A DNA stretch of 64,000 nt from Verrucomicrobiota bacterium (GTDB taxonomy: Bacteria; Verrucomicrobiota; Lentisphaeria; JABSQK01; JAJFLO01): NCBI GenBank assembly GCA_021772615.1, contig JAJFLQ010000134.1, forward strand, positions 2,039-66,038, given 5' to 3'. Below, in pieces: positions 30,036 through 39,532 of this stretch (the first letter of the stretch is position 1; every line of letters begins with the position of its first letter). A program made the translations under genes and the position numbers. The notes below the pieces were generated by a model that did no database searches, was not told the DNA's origin, and was given only the letters and a program-made list of their open reading frames with translations.

Positions 30036-33000
30036 ATGGCCGTCAAAACATTAAAGATGCGGATTCTTATCAGCCTGGTTTCGGCCTTGCTTCCCGCAAC
30101 AGTGTTCGCGCAATCGTTCACCGGTGAGCGACATGTGACGGATGCCGTGACCGACGGCGCCCGACCGTGTTACATCGTTGGCGCCGATGTCGAGGTGACC
30201 TTGTCGCTGACATTCGATGTTCCGGGCGGCAACGTCGGAGTATGGGGCATTAGCGAACGGATTCCGGCCGGTTGGGCCTTTGTCTCCGCAAACAACAATG
30301 GGGAGTACGACGCTCCAGGCAAGCGGGTTAGCGGGACGGCAACGGGAAATCCACCGCCTGAAGTGAGCTATATCCTGACACCGACATCCGTTGGGGACAC
30401 GACGTTTTCCACCATAGAAATGGGCTTGTTCGCCGGGATGCTCATCACCGGCACAATGGATGACACGATTCTACCGGAATGTGCTGACGACGACGTTGCG
30501 CCCGAGTCGTCCGTAATAACCAGCGGCATCCACGGCCCGCAGACGTGGAGCGGCGTCATACATGGGACGGCATCGGACGACACCAGTGGCGTCGCCTCGG
30601 TGATAGTGACCATCCAGCGTCTGTCAGACGGGCGGTCGTGGAACGGGGAGTTATGGACAGTCGGATTTTTCTCGCGCCCCGTGAGTCGTGGTACGACGAC
30701 ATGGGAGTACGACTTGCCCCTGGCTGCGCTTGAAGAGGCTGGATCCGGCGTTGGCTACGTGGTGGTGAGCCGTGCAACGGACGCTGTCGGAAACGTGCAA
30801 AACGAGCCAGGTTCGAATACCTTTAGTTTTGACTCCGCGCCGCCGACAGGTGTGTATTTCATTGGGTCAGGCGACCCCACCTATACAACGTTGCTGAACG
30901 TCACTCTCGACGTCGTCGTCGCCGGCGCCACCGAGATGCGATTTCGCAACGTATCGGGGATGTTTCCCGAGTCGTGGACAAGCATTGCCGGCACATTCGA
31001 TTTTCCGCTCGACGGAGGAGATGGCACAACAACAGTTTTTGCAGAGTTTCGCGATGCGGCGCTGAACGTGCTGGAATTGAGTGACGATATCATAGTCGAC
31101 ACCACACCACCGATGTCAGCAGTATCGACGTCTGGTGTTTTTGGCCCCGCGACGTGGCCGGGCTCGATCGCCGGTTCCGCCTCCGACAATGTGAGCGGCG
31201 TGTCAAATGTTCATCTTCGACTACACCGCAGCGACGATGATATGTATTGGAACGGAGCTGCGTGGGGCAGTGATTCAACCACCTTCATTTCGGCATCCGG
31301 CGATACAACGTGGTCATCAATCATCCCTGTTGCCGCCTTGTCCGACGGTCACAGTTACGCCGTCGACAGTCGTGCACTCGATGCGGCCGGCAACGCCGAG
31401 AGCAACCTGGGCAATGGATTCTTTCAATTCGACGCGTCGGCACCGGTTGGTTCCTTCTCTATCGGAATGGGCGATCCGCCATTCGTGATCTCGCCGAATG
31501 TAACGTTGGCCGTAGCCGTGAGCGGTGCGACAGAAATGAGATTTCGCAACGCATCGGGGATTTTTCCGGAGTCGTGGTCAAGTGTTGCCGCACCTTTCGG
31601 TTTTGCGCTCGACGGCGGAGACGGCATGAAAACAGTGTTCGCCGAGTTTCGGGATACAGCGCGAAACGTGCTGGCACTCACCGACGATGTCGTACTCGAC
31701 GCGACGGATCCGATCTCGACCGTGTTGACGGCGGGAACAGTTGGTCCCAACACCTGGTCGGGCCCGATTGCGACAGTCGGGGGAACGGCGTCGGACTCGA
31801 CCAGTGGTGTGGACCAGGTAACCGTGACGATCCAACGTCTTGCCGACGGACGGTCATGGGACGGCGATACCTGGCAGTTCGGATTCTTCCCGCTGGGTGT
31901 CAGCCGCGGGACGACAGAGTGGGAATACGATTTGCCGTTTACAGCCTTAGCGGAAGCAGGAAATGGTGTCGGCTACGTAGTCGTCAGCCGCGCGACGGAT
32001 GTCGCCGGAAACGAGCAATCGGAGCCGGGTTCAAATTCGTTTACCTTCGACTCCGAGCCGCCCACGGGCCTGTTTACCATCGGGACAGGCGACCCGTCCT
32101 ACACCACCTCTCCAGAGGTCACGCTGGGCGTTGCCGTCACCGGCGCCACCGAGATGCGATTTCGCAACGCCTCGGGAAACTTTCCGGAGGCGTGGACAAG
32201 CGTTGCCGGCACGCTCGACTTTGCACTTGCTCAGGGAGACGGTACGAAAACGGTATTCGCCCAATTCCGCGATGCGGCACTGAACGTGCTGGCGGTCAGC
32301 GACAGTATCGTCCTCGACGCGACGATGCCGGTATCGGCAGTTTCGACATCTGGTGCATTCGGACCCAGTACATGGCCTGACTCCATTGTGACTACGGCGT
32401 CGGATAATCTGAGCGGCATTTCCGCTGTTCACATTCGGCTGCAGCGATCAAGCGATGATAGATATTGGAACGGCAGTGAATGGGGCGATGAATCGGAGAC
32501 ATTTCTGGCTGCCTCGGGTGACGGCGTCTGGTCGTTGTCCGTTTCTGCCGGCGCACTGACGAACGGCGTCAACTATGGGGTAAACAGCCGCGCAACCGAC
32601 CTTGCCGGCAATATCGAGGCGGATTTTGGGAGCAGCACATTCCAGTACGACGCATCACCGCCGGCCGGTGCCTTTTTTATTGTCGACGACATGACTGTCT
32701 ACACCAATACGCCGACCGTTGTACTCAATAATAGGATAACCGGCGCAGACGAAATGCGTATCCGTAACGCCGGTGCCGCATTTCCCAATGTCTGGTTAAT
32801 TTTTGATTCGGCTCCTGTGTGGCTCCTGGACACAACCGCAGACGATGGCGCACAAATGGTTGAAATCGAATTCCGCGATTTTGCCGGCAATGTGTTGCAC
32901 CTGTCTGATACGATTATTCTCGATCGCGTCGATCCTGATACGTCATTGCAGCCACCGGACGTGTTCGGCCCACTTACGTGGCCTGGCGAAATTACGGGGT

Positions 33001-34214
33001 CGGCAACAGAGCAGACGTCCGGCGTCGCTGCAGTCGACGTGCGGTTGCGCAATGACGATGACGGCACCTTCTGGAACGGCGCTTCCTGGCAGCAAAACGA
33101 GATCTGGATCGCGGCGACAGCGGATCTTCCCGCATGGTCCTTATCCGTATCCAGCGCGGCGCTTACACATGACACGACGTACTCGGTGAGCGCACGGGCG
33201 AATGACGCTGCCGGTAACGTTGACAACACACCGGCGACATCGTCATTTTCCTACGACGCCGTCGCGCCGGATATTGCCGTTGTCGAGGTATTGATCAACG
33301 TGCCGTTCGATAGTGGTTCGGTCGACATTGCCGCAGGCGTAGCGGCAACAGACGCCCATCTGGGAGTGATATCGACTCCGGACGTGCACGTTTCACCTGA
33401 TGCGATTGACAGTACTATCATCGGCGAAACACGTATTAGCTACAGCGCAGCAGACGCAGCGGGTAATACATCGAATGCATTTCGTGATTATCGCGTCGGC
33501 TTTCAAATTTCCGGAAATATCACATATGACAAGGCGACGGCGTCCACGCCGCTGATTGACGTTACTTCTCATGGCCAGGAAACCGATAGCATCGACGCGT
33601 CTGTTGCCGGCAACGGACCGTGGACATTTACATTGTTCATCGTCGGTGAGTCCGGAACATACGACCTGGCAGCGGTACTTGACACATCAGCCGACGGCGA
33701 GCCCGATGCCGAAGAGCCGGGCGACCGGTATGCCAACCGCAATGTGACCATTACGGACAATCTTGCGGACATCAATTTTCACGTCGCAGAATGGGAAGAT
33801 CTTGTGAGCTACGACGCCGGATGGAATTTCGTTGCGTTTCCGGGCCAACCGTTTTTCTCGGCTCCACATCAATTGATCGCAGGTGCACGGCCGGAATTAT
33901 GGGAAATCGATAACAGCAACAGTGGTTACCGACCGGCTTCGGAATTTTCTGCACTAAGCGGCCAATGGGTTTACCTCGACGTTCCTGCCCGCAATGTGCT
34001 TGTGCGCGGCAACTACCTGCCAGATTCGACTCAGACCATACCTGCCGGATGGCGGGCGATCGGCGTCAGGAACAGTCTGGTAAAACCTAATCTTCTGGGC
34101 CCGGTTTGGGAGTGGCGTGCGAATCGCTATCTTCTCGTCCCTCCGGGGAGTACGCTTCAGCGGTATTGTGGATATGTCGTTTTCGCCGCTGCGACAGTAA
34201 TATTCGTTTATTGA
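30036..34214 (+). CDS. giant secreted repeat protein (~1393 aa): signal peptide, 5 tandem ~200-aa repeats, HYR/Ig-like C-terminal region
   Basis: signal peptide MAVKTLKMRILISLVSALLPATVFAQS; repeated modules ..TxPPxSxVxTSGxFGPxTWxGxIxGxAxDxxSGVxxV..YWNG..SRAxDxAGNxE..FxFDxxPPxGxFxIGxGDP..NVTLxVxVxGATEMRFRNxSGxFPExW..GDGxKTVFAEFRDxAxNVL; C-terminal ..RISYSAADAAGNTSNAF. Confidence 0.8.
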   Translation: MAVKTLKMRILISLVSALLPATVFAQSFTGERHVTDAVTDGARPCYIVGADVEVTLSLTFDVPGGNVGVWGISERIPAGWAFVSANNNGEYDAPGKRVSGTATGNPPPEVSYILTPTSVGDTTFSTIEMGLFAGMLITGTMDDTILPECADDDVAPESSVITSGIHGPQTWSGVIHGTASDDTSGVASVIVTIQRLSDGRSWNGELWTVGFFSRPVSRGTTTWEYDLPLAALEEAGSGVGYVVVSRATDAVGNVQNEPGSNTFSFDSAPPTGVYFIGSGDPTYTTLLNVTLDVVVAGATEMRFRNVSGMFPESWTSIAGTFDFPLDGGDGTTTVFAEFRDAALNVLELSDDIIVDTTPPMSAVSTSGVFGPATWPGSIAGSASDNVSGVSNVHLRLHRSDDDMYWNGAAWGSDSTTFISASGDTTWSSIIPVAALSDGHSYAVDSRALDAAGNAESNLGNGFFQFDASAPVGSFSIGMGDPPFVISPNVTLAVAVSGATEMRFRNASGIFPESWSSVAAPFGFALDGGDGMKTVFAEFRDTARNVLALTDDVVLDATDPISTVLTAGTVGPNTWSGPIATVGGTASDSTSGVDQVTVTIQRLADGRSWDGDTWQFGFFPLGVSRGTTEWEYDLPFTALAEAGNGVGYVVVSRATDVAGNEQSEPGSNSFTFDSEPPTGLFTIGTGDPSYTTSPEVTLGVAVTGATEMRFRNASGNFPEAWTSVAGTLDFALAQGDGTKTVFAQFRDAALNVLAVSDSIVLDATMPVSAVSTSGAFGPSTWPDSIVTTASDNLSGISAVHIRLQRSSDDRYWNGSEWGDESETFLAASGDGVWSLSVSAGALTNGVNYGVNSRATDLAGNIEADFGSSTFQYDASPPAGAFFIVDDMTVYTNTPTVVLNNRITGADEMRIRNAGAAFPNVWLIFDSAPVWLLDTTADDGAQMVEIEFRDFAGNVLHLSDTIILDRVDPDTSLQPPDVFGPLTWPGEITGSATEQTSGVAAVDVRLRNDDDGTFWNGASWQQNEIWIAATADLPAWSLSVSSAALTHDTTYSVSARANDAAGNVDNTPATSSFSYDAVAPDIAVVEVLINVPFDSGSVDIAAGVAATDAHLGVISTPDVHVSPDAIDSTIIGETRISYSAADAAGNTSNAFRDYRVGFQISGNITYDKATASTPLIDVTSHGQETDSIDASVAGNGPWTFTLFIVGESGTYDLAAVLDTSADGEPDAEEPGDRYANRNVTITDNLADINFHVAEWEDLVSYDAGWNFVAFPGQPFFSAPHQLIAGARPELWEIDNSNSGYRPASEFSALSGQWVYLDVPARNVLVRGNYLPDSTQTIPAGWRAIGVRNSLVKPNLLGPVWEWRANRYLLVPPGSTLQRYCGYVVFAAATVIFVY
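30825..33300 (+). repeat. five intragenic tandem repeats, ~600-615 bp period, recognisable at nucleotide level
   Basis: recurring gagatgcgatttcgcaacg (30931, 31536, 32150; diverged at 32750) and FDSxPP junctions near 30825, 31425, 32042, 32640, 33245. Confidence 0.8.
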
Positions 34215-34267
34215 TTACAACTGCCGTCGGCATTGAGTTCCCCGGGACAATGCCATTGAATTAGGCA

Positions 34268-34307
34268 TTTTCGTTGGCATTCACATTCCCGGGAATGTGA
34301 ACGCTCC
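34268..34307 (+). repeat. dispersed repeat type X copy 1 with perfect 18-bp palindrome (cacattcccgggaatgtg), preceded by a second hairpin at 34230..34255
   Basis: ttttcgttggcattcacattcccgggaatgtgaacgctcc; related to 49112..49160. Confidence 0.55.
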
Positions 34308-34437
34308 GTTTGCGAGACGCCGAAAAGCCACATCAAAAGCCGTGAACAACGAAGTGCGTAAGATATTGCCGATTCACGCCGTGGATTATGTTTCGATGGT
34401 TGGCGAATACACGGAATGAAGGCCCGACAGGTATCGC

Positions 34438-35469
34438 ATGACACCACCACCGCCGATCGCCCCTCCGGTATCTGAGCAGGATGCCGACCACCGGTGTGTA
34501 CTGCACATTGGCTTGCCGAAAACCGGATCGAAGCTGCTTCAATGGCACCTGTTTGCGCGCCACAGCGAAGTCGATTTTCTTGGTCTGTATATCGGCGATG
34601 TTGCACGGCCCTACCAACAGTTCGGCAATTGCCGAACGGCTGCGGTTGAAAGCGTGATGCAGGAACTGCTGTGGAAAAACGTAGGCAATCCCGATATCGA
34701 ACGCTGCCGGGAGATTATTAAGGCATCGATCCTTCCGGCATTTGACAACGGAAAGATCCCTGTCTGGTCGTGGGAGTCACTCGCCACGGACAATCTCAAG
34801 GTTCGGCGAATGCGGGCCAGGAATCTATACAACGCCTTTGGTTCGTGCAAGATCATTGCTGCGGTCCGACATCCGTTTGACCTTCTCGAGTCCGCGTATT
34901 TCCAGATGCTGAAACGAGAAAATCTCTCCGTGCCTTTTCGTCGCCTTGACGGCGGCCGAGCCGCATACTGCATCGGAATTAAAAAATGGCTGGAAGATCA
35001 CTTTGGCGACGTCGTTATGGAGCATCTTGACTATGCCAAAACGATCAACATCTATAGCGAACTTTTCGGCAAAAACGCCGTGGCCGTCTTTCTTTACGAA
35101 GATTTGCGGGAAAATACGCCCGTGCATATAGAGAATGTGTGCCGTTTCATCGGCATCAATGCAGCCGAGGGCGTGACCTTAACCGATGGAAAGCAGGTGA
35201 ATTTACGATGGACTCAAAAGCAATTTGAAAATTTGAAACACATTCAGGCTTCGATGCTCAGGTCCCTGCTATTTCGGTTCACCTACAACACAAAACGACA
35301 TCGGGTTCTCGGATTCAGGTCGAACCCGGGACTGCGCGTTGGCCCCCCGGCTCGCGTCGCGATTCCCAAGGTATGGAAACGAAAAATCAGCGATGTAACC
35401 CGAAACGGGAATCGGTGGCTGGAGCAGGAATGGGGACTGCCGCTTCAGCGCTACGGCTATCCACTCTAG
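34438..35469 (+). CDS. sulfotransferase-family protein (intact PAPS-binding motifs)
   Basis: 5'-PSB-like HIGLPKTGSKLLQ; 3'-PB-like VRHPFDLLESAYFQ (RxPxDxxxSxY). Confidence 0.7.
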   Translation: MTPPPPIAPPVSEQDADHRCVLHIGLPKTGSKLLQWHLFARHSEVDFLGLYIGDVARPYQQFGNCRTAAVESVMQELLWKNVGNPDIERCREIIKASILPAFDNGKIPVWSWESLATDNLKVRRMRARNLYNAFGSCKIIAAVRHPFDLLESAYFQMLKRENLSVPFRRLDGGRAAYCIGIKKWLEDHFGDVVMEHLDYAKTINIYSELFGKNAVAVFLYEDLRENTPVHIENVCRFIGINAAEGVTLTDGKQVNLRWTQKQFENLKHIQASMLRSLLFRFTYNTKRHRVLGFRSNPGLRVGPPARVAIPKVWKRKISDVTRNGNRWLEQEWGLPLQRYGYPL

Positions 35470-35713
35470 AGGATTTCGAGCAAGAAATTCCAATTCATAA
35501 GCATCAAATGGCAAATAAACCACAATCTCGAATTAGCGAAATTGGCGATTCTGGAAAAAGTTTAAAGGAGGACTTGTCGGGACTCAGAAGTTTTCGTGTG
35601 AGCCGGCTCCGAATCATTTTTCGACAGTCTTCTGCAAACACGATCGACCTTATCTCGGTTGGCCCGAGAGCCAGGATATATGAAGAAACATATCAAATCA
35701 TACGCAAGCGGCG

Positions 35714-36757
35714 TTGAATCACCATCCGATGATCACCGATCGCAACATGGAGCCGGGCATCAGCTTTGCAGCGGAAGACAAACGCACCGGCGGCGGCGAC
35801 AACTGCGCCTGTATTCACATTGGCCTGCCCGGCGCCGACGCCCGTCTCCTGCAGGCGCATCTGTTCCCGACTCACAGTGAGGTATACTATCTTGGCCGCC
35901 ATGCTAACGAGGACTGTTTGTGGCGGAACCGTACCGTTCAGCAATTCGTCGCGGAGCTGCAGCGCCCGGGAATATCCCGTACCGAACTGTCGTCTTGTCG
36001 GGAGCTCGCAAACGAACTTATTACCACTGCATCCACTTCACTGCAACAATTGGTATTCTCATGGGAACGCCTGAGTACGGGCACGCGGGACAATCGATCT
36101 GCATGGCCGGAGTTGCTGCAGTCTATATTCGGAAATTGTAAGATTCTTGTTGTGCTCATGCACCCGGTCGCATTGATTGAATCCGCCTACTTCCGAATGT
36201 TGACGCGGCAATATGTCGGCGCCAATGCCCGCTGCGGGCGACTCGCCGATTTCGAAACCATCGAGGACTGGATTTCTCGGACTAATATCCTGCAACGCAA
36301 CGATGGATTGTTGGATTACCAGGAAACGGTGGCATCCTATGCCATTCTTTTTGGCAACGATGCCGTCAACGTCTTCCCCGCCGAAGCGATGGAAGAGCAA
36401 CGGGATTCTTATACACGGACGTTGTGCCGCTTTATCGGCATAGGCGCTGACGAAGACGTTACAGCATGTGAGCAATTTGAAGGTGCAAAACATCGCTGGA
36501 CATCGGCACAGGTCGAACGTTTGCAGAATGTTCAGCGCAACTTCTGGCAAGCTCTCAGATTTCGATTCGCGGACCGACGGATGCGCCGCATTCTTCTGGG
36601 CATGCACAAGGGGGATCCTGCTTTTGCAGCGCCGCCGGCCCGTGCGGCCATCTCCGACCGACATCGTGAGATCATCCAAGACCGAACACGAGAAGGCAAC
36701 CGATGGATTGCAGAGACGTGGCACGTACCGCTCGAAGAATATGGTTATCCACTGTAG
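35714..36757 (+). CDS. sulfotransferase paralog with degenerate PAPS-binding motifs (likely non-catalytic)
   Basis: same overall architecture as 34438..35469 (C-terminal ..NRWxxxxWxxPLxxYGYPL shared) but HIGLPGADARLLQ and MHPVALIESAYF replace the PKTGS and RxPxD motifs. Confidence 0.6.
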   Translation: MNHHPMITDRNMEPGISFAAEDKRTGGGDNCACIHIGLPGADARLLQAHLFPTHSEVYYLGRHANEDCLWRNRTVQQFVAELQRPGISRTELSSCRELANELITTASTSLQQLVFSWERLSTGTRDNRSAWPELLQSIFGNCKILVVLMHPVALIESAYFRMLTRQYVGANARCGRLADFETIEDWISRTNILQRNDGLLDYQETVASYAILFGNDAVNVFPAEAMEEQRDSYTRTLCRFIGIGADEDVTACEQFEGAKHRWTSAQVERLQNVQRNFWQALRFRFADRRMRRILLGMHKGDPAFAAPPARAAISDRHREIIQDRTREGNRWIAETWHVPLEEYGYPL

Positions 36758-36952
36758 CCACCCGTAGTTCAAAAAGGCCTGCAATATAGCGCACTGCAAC
36801 GCGTGATCGGTGCAGCATCCGGGACAGACGACTCAGCCCCCCCCGCATGGCGGCGGTTTAGGCTACTTTGTAGCTGTGAATCCAGCGTTTCGGAGACCTT
36901 TTCGAAAGGGCTGGCGAATGCGAACGATAGCAAGAAACAGAAGGGGTTGACA

Positions 36953-38095
36953 ATGCGAGGCGTCAAGTATATCGGCCCGGTTTTTGATGGAAGCGGGTAC
37001 GCGGAAGCGGCGCGGAACAACGTGCTCGCAATGGCGAGACAGGGATGTCCAGTGACGCTGGCACCGGTATCGTTTGACAGTATTCGGCCGGACCTGGGCG
37101 AGAACGGTGCGGTCTTGCGTCGCCTCGTCGACAAAGACATCCCCTACGACATCGTTATTATTCATTGCACCCCGGACATCTGGCGATTTTACGCCCAACA
37201 CGAAACAGATAAATACGTCATTGGTTGCACGATTTGGGAAACTACACGGCTGCATCCGGTATGGACAGCGGCATGCAACCGGATGCATGAAGTATGGGTG
37301 CCGACCCGCTGGAATAGTGATGTGTTCAGGGCATCCGGCGTCACGGTGCCATTGTACGACATTCCGTATTGCATGGACGTACCTGATGCAAATACGATAG
37401 AAACGATGCAAATACCTGGGGTGTCGGGCGATGACTTCGTATTTTATGCCATCTTTCAATGGCAGGAACGCAAGAATCCGCTCGGCCTGATCGCGACGTA
37501 CCTATCGGCTTTCACGGGAAACCGGAAGGTCGCCCTGGTTCTGAAATCTTACCTGAGCGACTATGAAACCGATCAGGACGCTATAAAAAAAATTATTAAT
37601 GCATTCAAGGCAGAGATGAATCTCGCGCACTATCCTAAAATCATCGTGTTGTCTGAAAATTTCAGCCGACACGAGCTGCTTTCTCTGCATCGGCGAGGCG
37701 ACTGTTTTGCGCTGCTGCAACGTTCGGAAGGCTGGGGCCTTCCGCATTTCGAGGCGGCAGCCTGCGGAAATCCCGTCGTGACGCCCCGATACGGCGCGCA
37801 GACAGAATTCCTAAACGATCACAACGCCTACCTGGTCGATTATTCGCTGCGGCCCGTGACCGGCATGTCGTGGTCGCCATATTATACCTCGACACAACTG
37901 TGGTGTGAACCCGACCAGGAACATGCAATGACCCTGCTGCGGTACGTGTATGAAAATCGTGATGAGGCCAATGCAAAAGGTCGTCTGGCAAGAGCTTTTG
38001 TTGAACAGCATTTCACCCCGGAACACGTGGGACAACGCATCGAGTCGCGATTGAACGCCATTCAACTCCCATTCCCGGATGTCGACGGCAATTGA
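36953..38095 (+). CDS. GT4-family (group 1) glycosyltransferase
   Basis: ORF 36803..38095 trimmed to ATG with AAGGGG RBS; C-terminal E..E motif region SEGWGLPHFEAAACGNPVVTPRYG. Confidence 0.8.
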   Translation: MRGVKYIGPVFDGSGYAEAARNNVLAMARQGCPVTLAPVSFDSIRPDLGENGAVLRRLVDKDIPYDIVIIHCTPDIWRFYAQHETDKYVIGCTIWETTRLHPVWTAACNRMHEVWVPTRWNSDVFRASGVTVPLYDIPYCMDVPDANTIETMQIPGVSGDDFVFYAIFQWQERKNPLGLIATYLSAFTGNRKVALVLKSYLSDYETDQDAIKKIINAFKAEMNLAHYPKIIVLSENFSRHELLSLHRRGDCFALLQRSEGWGLPHFEAAACGNPVVTPRYGAQTEFLNDHNAYLVDYSLRPVTGMSWSPYYTSTQLWCEPDQEHAMTLLRYVYENRDEANAKGRLARAFVEQHFTPEHVGQRIESRLNAIQLPFPDVDGN

Positions 38096-38115
38096 TATTA
38101 TCCAAATTTCGAGTC

Positions 38116-38182
38116 TGAGGTAAAGCCCTGTAAAGATGAACGTCCATTGGGGGGGACATCCGTTCGACGATGCGGTCGCCGC
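38116..38182 (+). repeat. dispersed intergenic repeat, type Y, copy 1 (carries small ORF 38136..38288)
   Basis: tgaggtaaagccctgtaaagatgaacgtccattgggggggacatccgttcgacgatgcggtcgccgc, ~75% identical to 48964..49035. Confidence 0.6.
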
Positions 38183-38232
38183 AGCACGGAAGAAGCAGGG
38201 CGTTCAAATGAATAGTATTACCGAGCGCTGGT

Positions 38233-39357
38233 TCACCGGAATCGCACGGGCACCATGCCGTTGTCCAGTTCATCGAGGCACTCAATGACCCGATCAATAG
38301 CCCGCTGCCACGTGTATTCCTTGCGGACACTATCGGCGGCGGTCGCCGCTTTCTTCGCCAGGTCGACCGCGTTCGCGTTGTAAGCGTCTACAAGGAAATC
38401 CACCAGCGTATCCACCGGTGTCTCACAGAAGTCAACGCCATCAAGGTCTTCCTCGAATCCCAGCGTGTTGAATGCAAACCGGCGATTGACCGGCAGAGCA
38501 ATCCGTTTAACCGGCAACATGAACGCGTTGGACGGCGTACAATAATCTCTGCACGCACCAAAGTTCGGGACAATCGGCGGAGTGCCGGTTGCCAGCGCTT
38601 CAAGTATCGGTGATGCAAAACCCTCCGCGCGGTACGGAAAAACAGCAACATCGCAACGCCTGTAGAGCGACGCGAGATCAGCGGCTTCAAGGTACGCATT
38701 GATGTAGATGATTTCCGGTGCATCGCGGTCGCGCGACACCCGATGGATCTGGTCTTTATAGGAAATGTTCGAATAAAACACATCACCGGAATGGTCTTTG
38801 ATAACCAGGGCAACGTCATCGTCACGGGAAAAAGCTCGGGTGTACGCGTCCAGCAGGATATCGATACCCTTGCGCTTGACCGCAGCGCCGACAAACAGGA
38901 ATACGAAGCGTTTTGGGGACGGCAGACGGTATCGAGGACCTTCGCGCCGGAATACGGCATGGTCAAATGCGAGCGGTATCACCCGGACCCGGTCCGCTGC
39001 AATACCGGAATTTACCGCCTGCTCGCAAACCCACCTGCTGTAAACCCACAGTTGATCACATTGCGCGTTTATGATATCGACCCACGCTGGCGGGTAAGGT
39101 CCGAAATCCCAGGTCCTCACAGCGACGAATTTGCCGTGCTCCGGAGGCTTAATCTCGCCAAATCGATCTTCGAAATCATGATGAATGACGACAGTGGCGG
39201 TCCGGCCAACGCCGGCAGAATCGGCATCTGTGATCACGCGATAACCGCGTTTGCGCAGGCCGGCGACCCACATCCGGTTCACAAGTGAATAGGCGCTTTT
39301 TTTCGTCGTGCTGCCGCGCAAGACAATGCAAGGACGATGGTCTTTCGGAGCTTCCAT
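38233..39357 (-). CDS. GT4-family (group 1) glycosyltransferase
   Basis: ORF 38233..39570 trimmed to MEAPKDHRPCIVLRG (avoids overlap with upstream gene); AEGFASPILEALATGTPPIVPNFGACRDY. Confidence 0.8.
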   Translation of the reverse strand: MEAPKDHRPCIVLRGSTTKKSAYSLVNRMWVAGLRKRGYRVITDADSAGVGRTATVVIHHDFEDRFGEIKPPEHGKFVAVRTWDFGPYPPAWVDIINAQCDQLWVYSRWVCEQAVNSGIAADRVRVIPLAFDHAVFRREGPRYRLPSPKRFVFLFVGAAVKRKGIDILLDAYTRAFSRDDDVALVIKDHSGDVFYSNISYKDQIHRVSRDRDAPEIIYINAYLEAADLASLYRRCDVAVFPYRAEGFASPILEALATGTPPIVPNFGACRDYCTPSNAFMLPVKRIALPVNRRFAFNTLGFEEDLDGVDFCETPVDTLVDFLVDAYNANAVDLAKKAATAADSVRKEYTWQRAIDRVIECLDELDNGMVPVRFR

Positions 39358-39532
39358 ATTGGTCGTGTTTTGGTTATCGATGCGTTTTGTTCGCTGCCCA
39401 CGTTTCACAATCAGCTGTAAGTTGATCACCTGCGCATGACCAGGCGGCTCGCGGGGCCGCCCGCCCTCCCCCAAGAGCGCTACCGATACGGGTTTGGAGG
39501 GGGAGCGGCACCGCGAGCCGATCCCTGCTGAT

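Noticed and set aside
31310-32380. 356-aa Arg-rich ORF in an alternative frame of the giant repeat-protein gene
   Set aside because: Frame-shifted shadow of the real coding frame. The Arg/Cys/Gly-rich composition is typical of an off-frame GC-rich translation.
35659-35880. 73-aa ORF spanning the sulfotransferase intergenic region and paralog-2 start, considered as a precursor peptide
   Set aside because: It is out of frame with the sulfotransferase and overlaps it. It is Arg-rich and its RBS-like AAAGGAGG actually lies inside another reading frame's tail. No conservation evidence.
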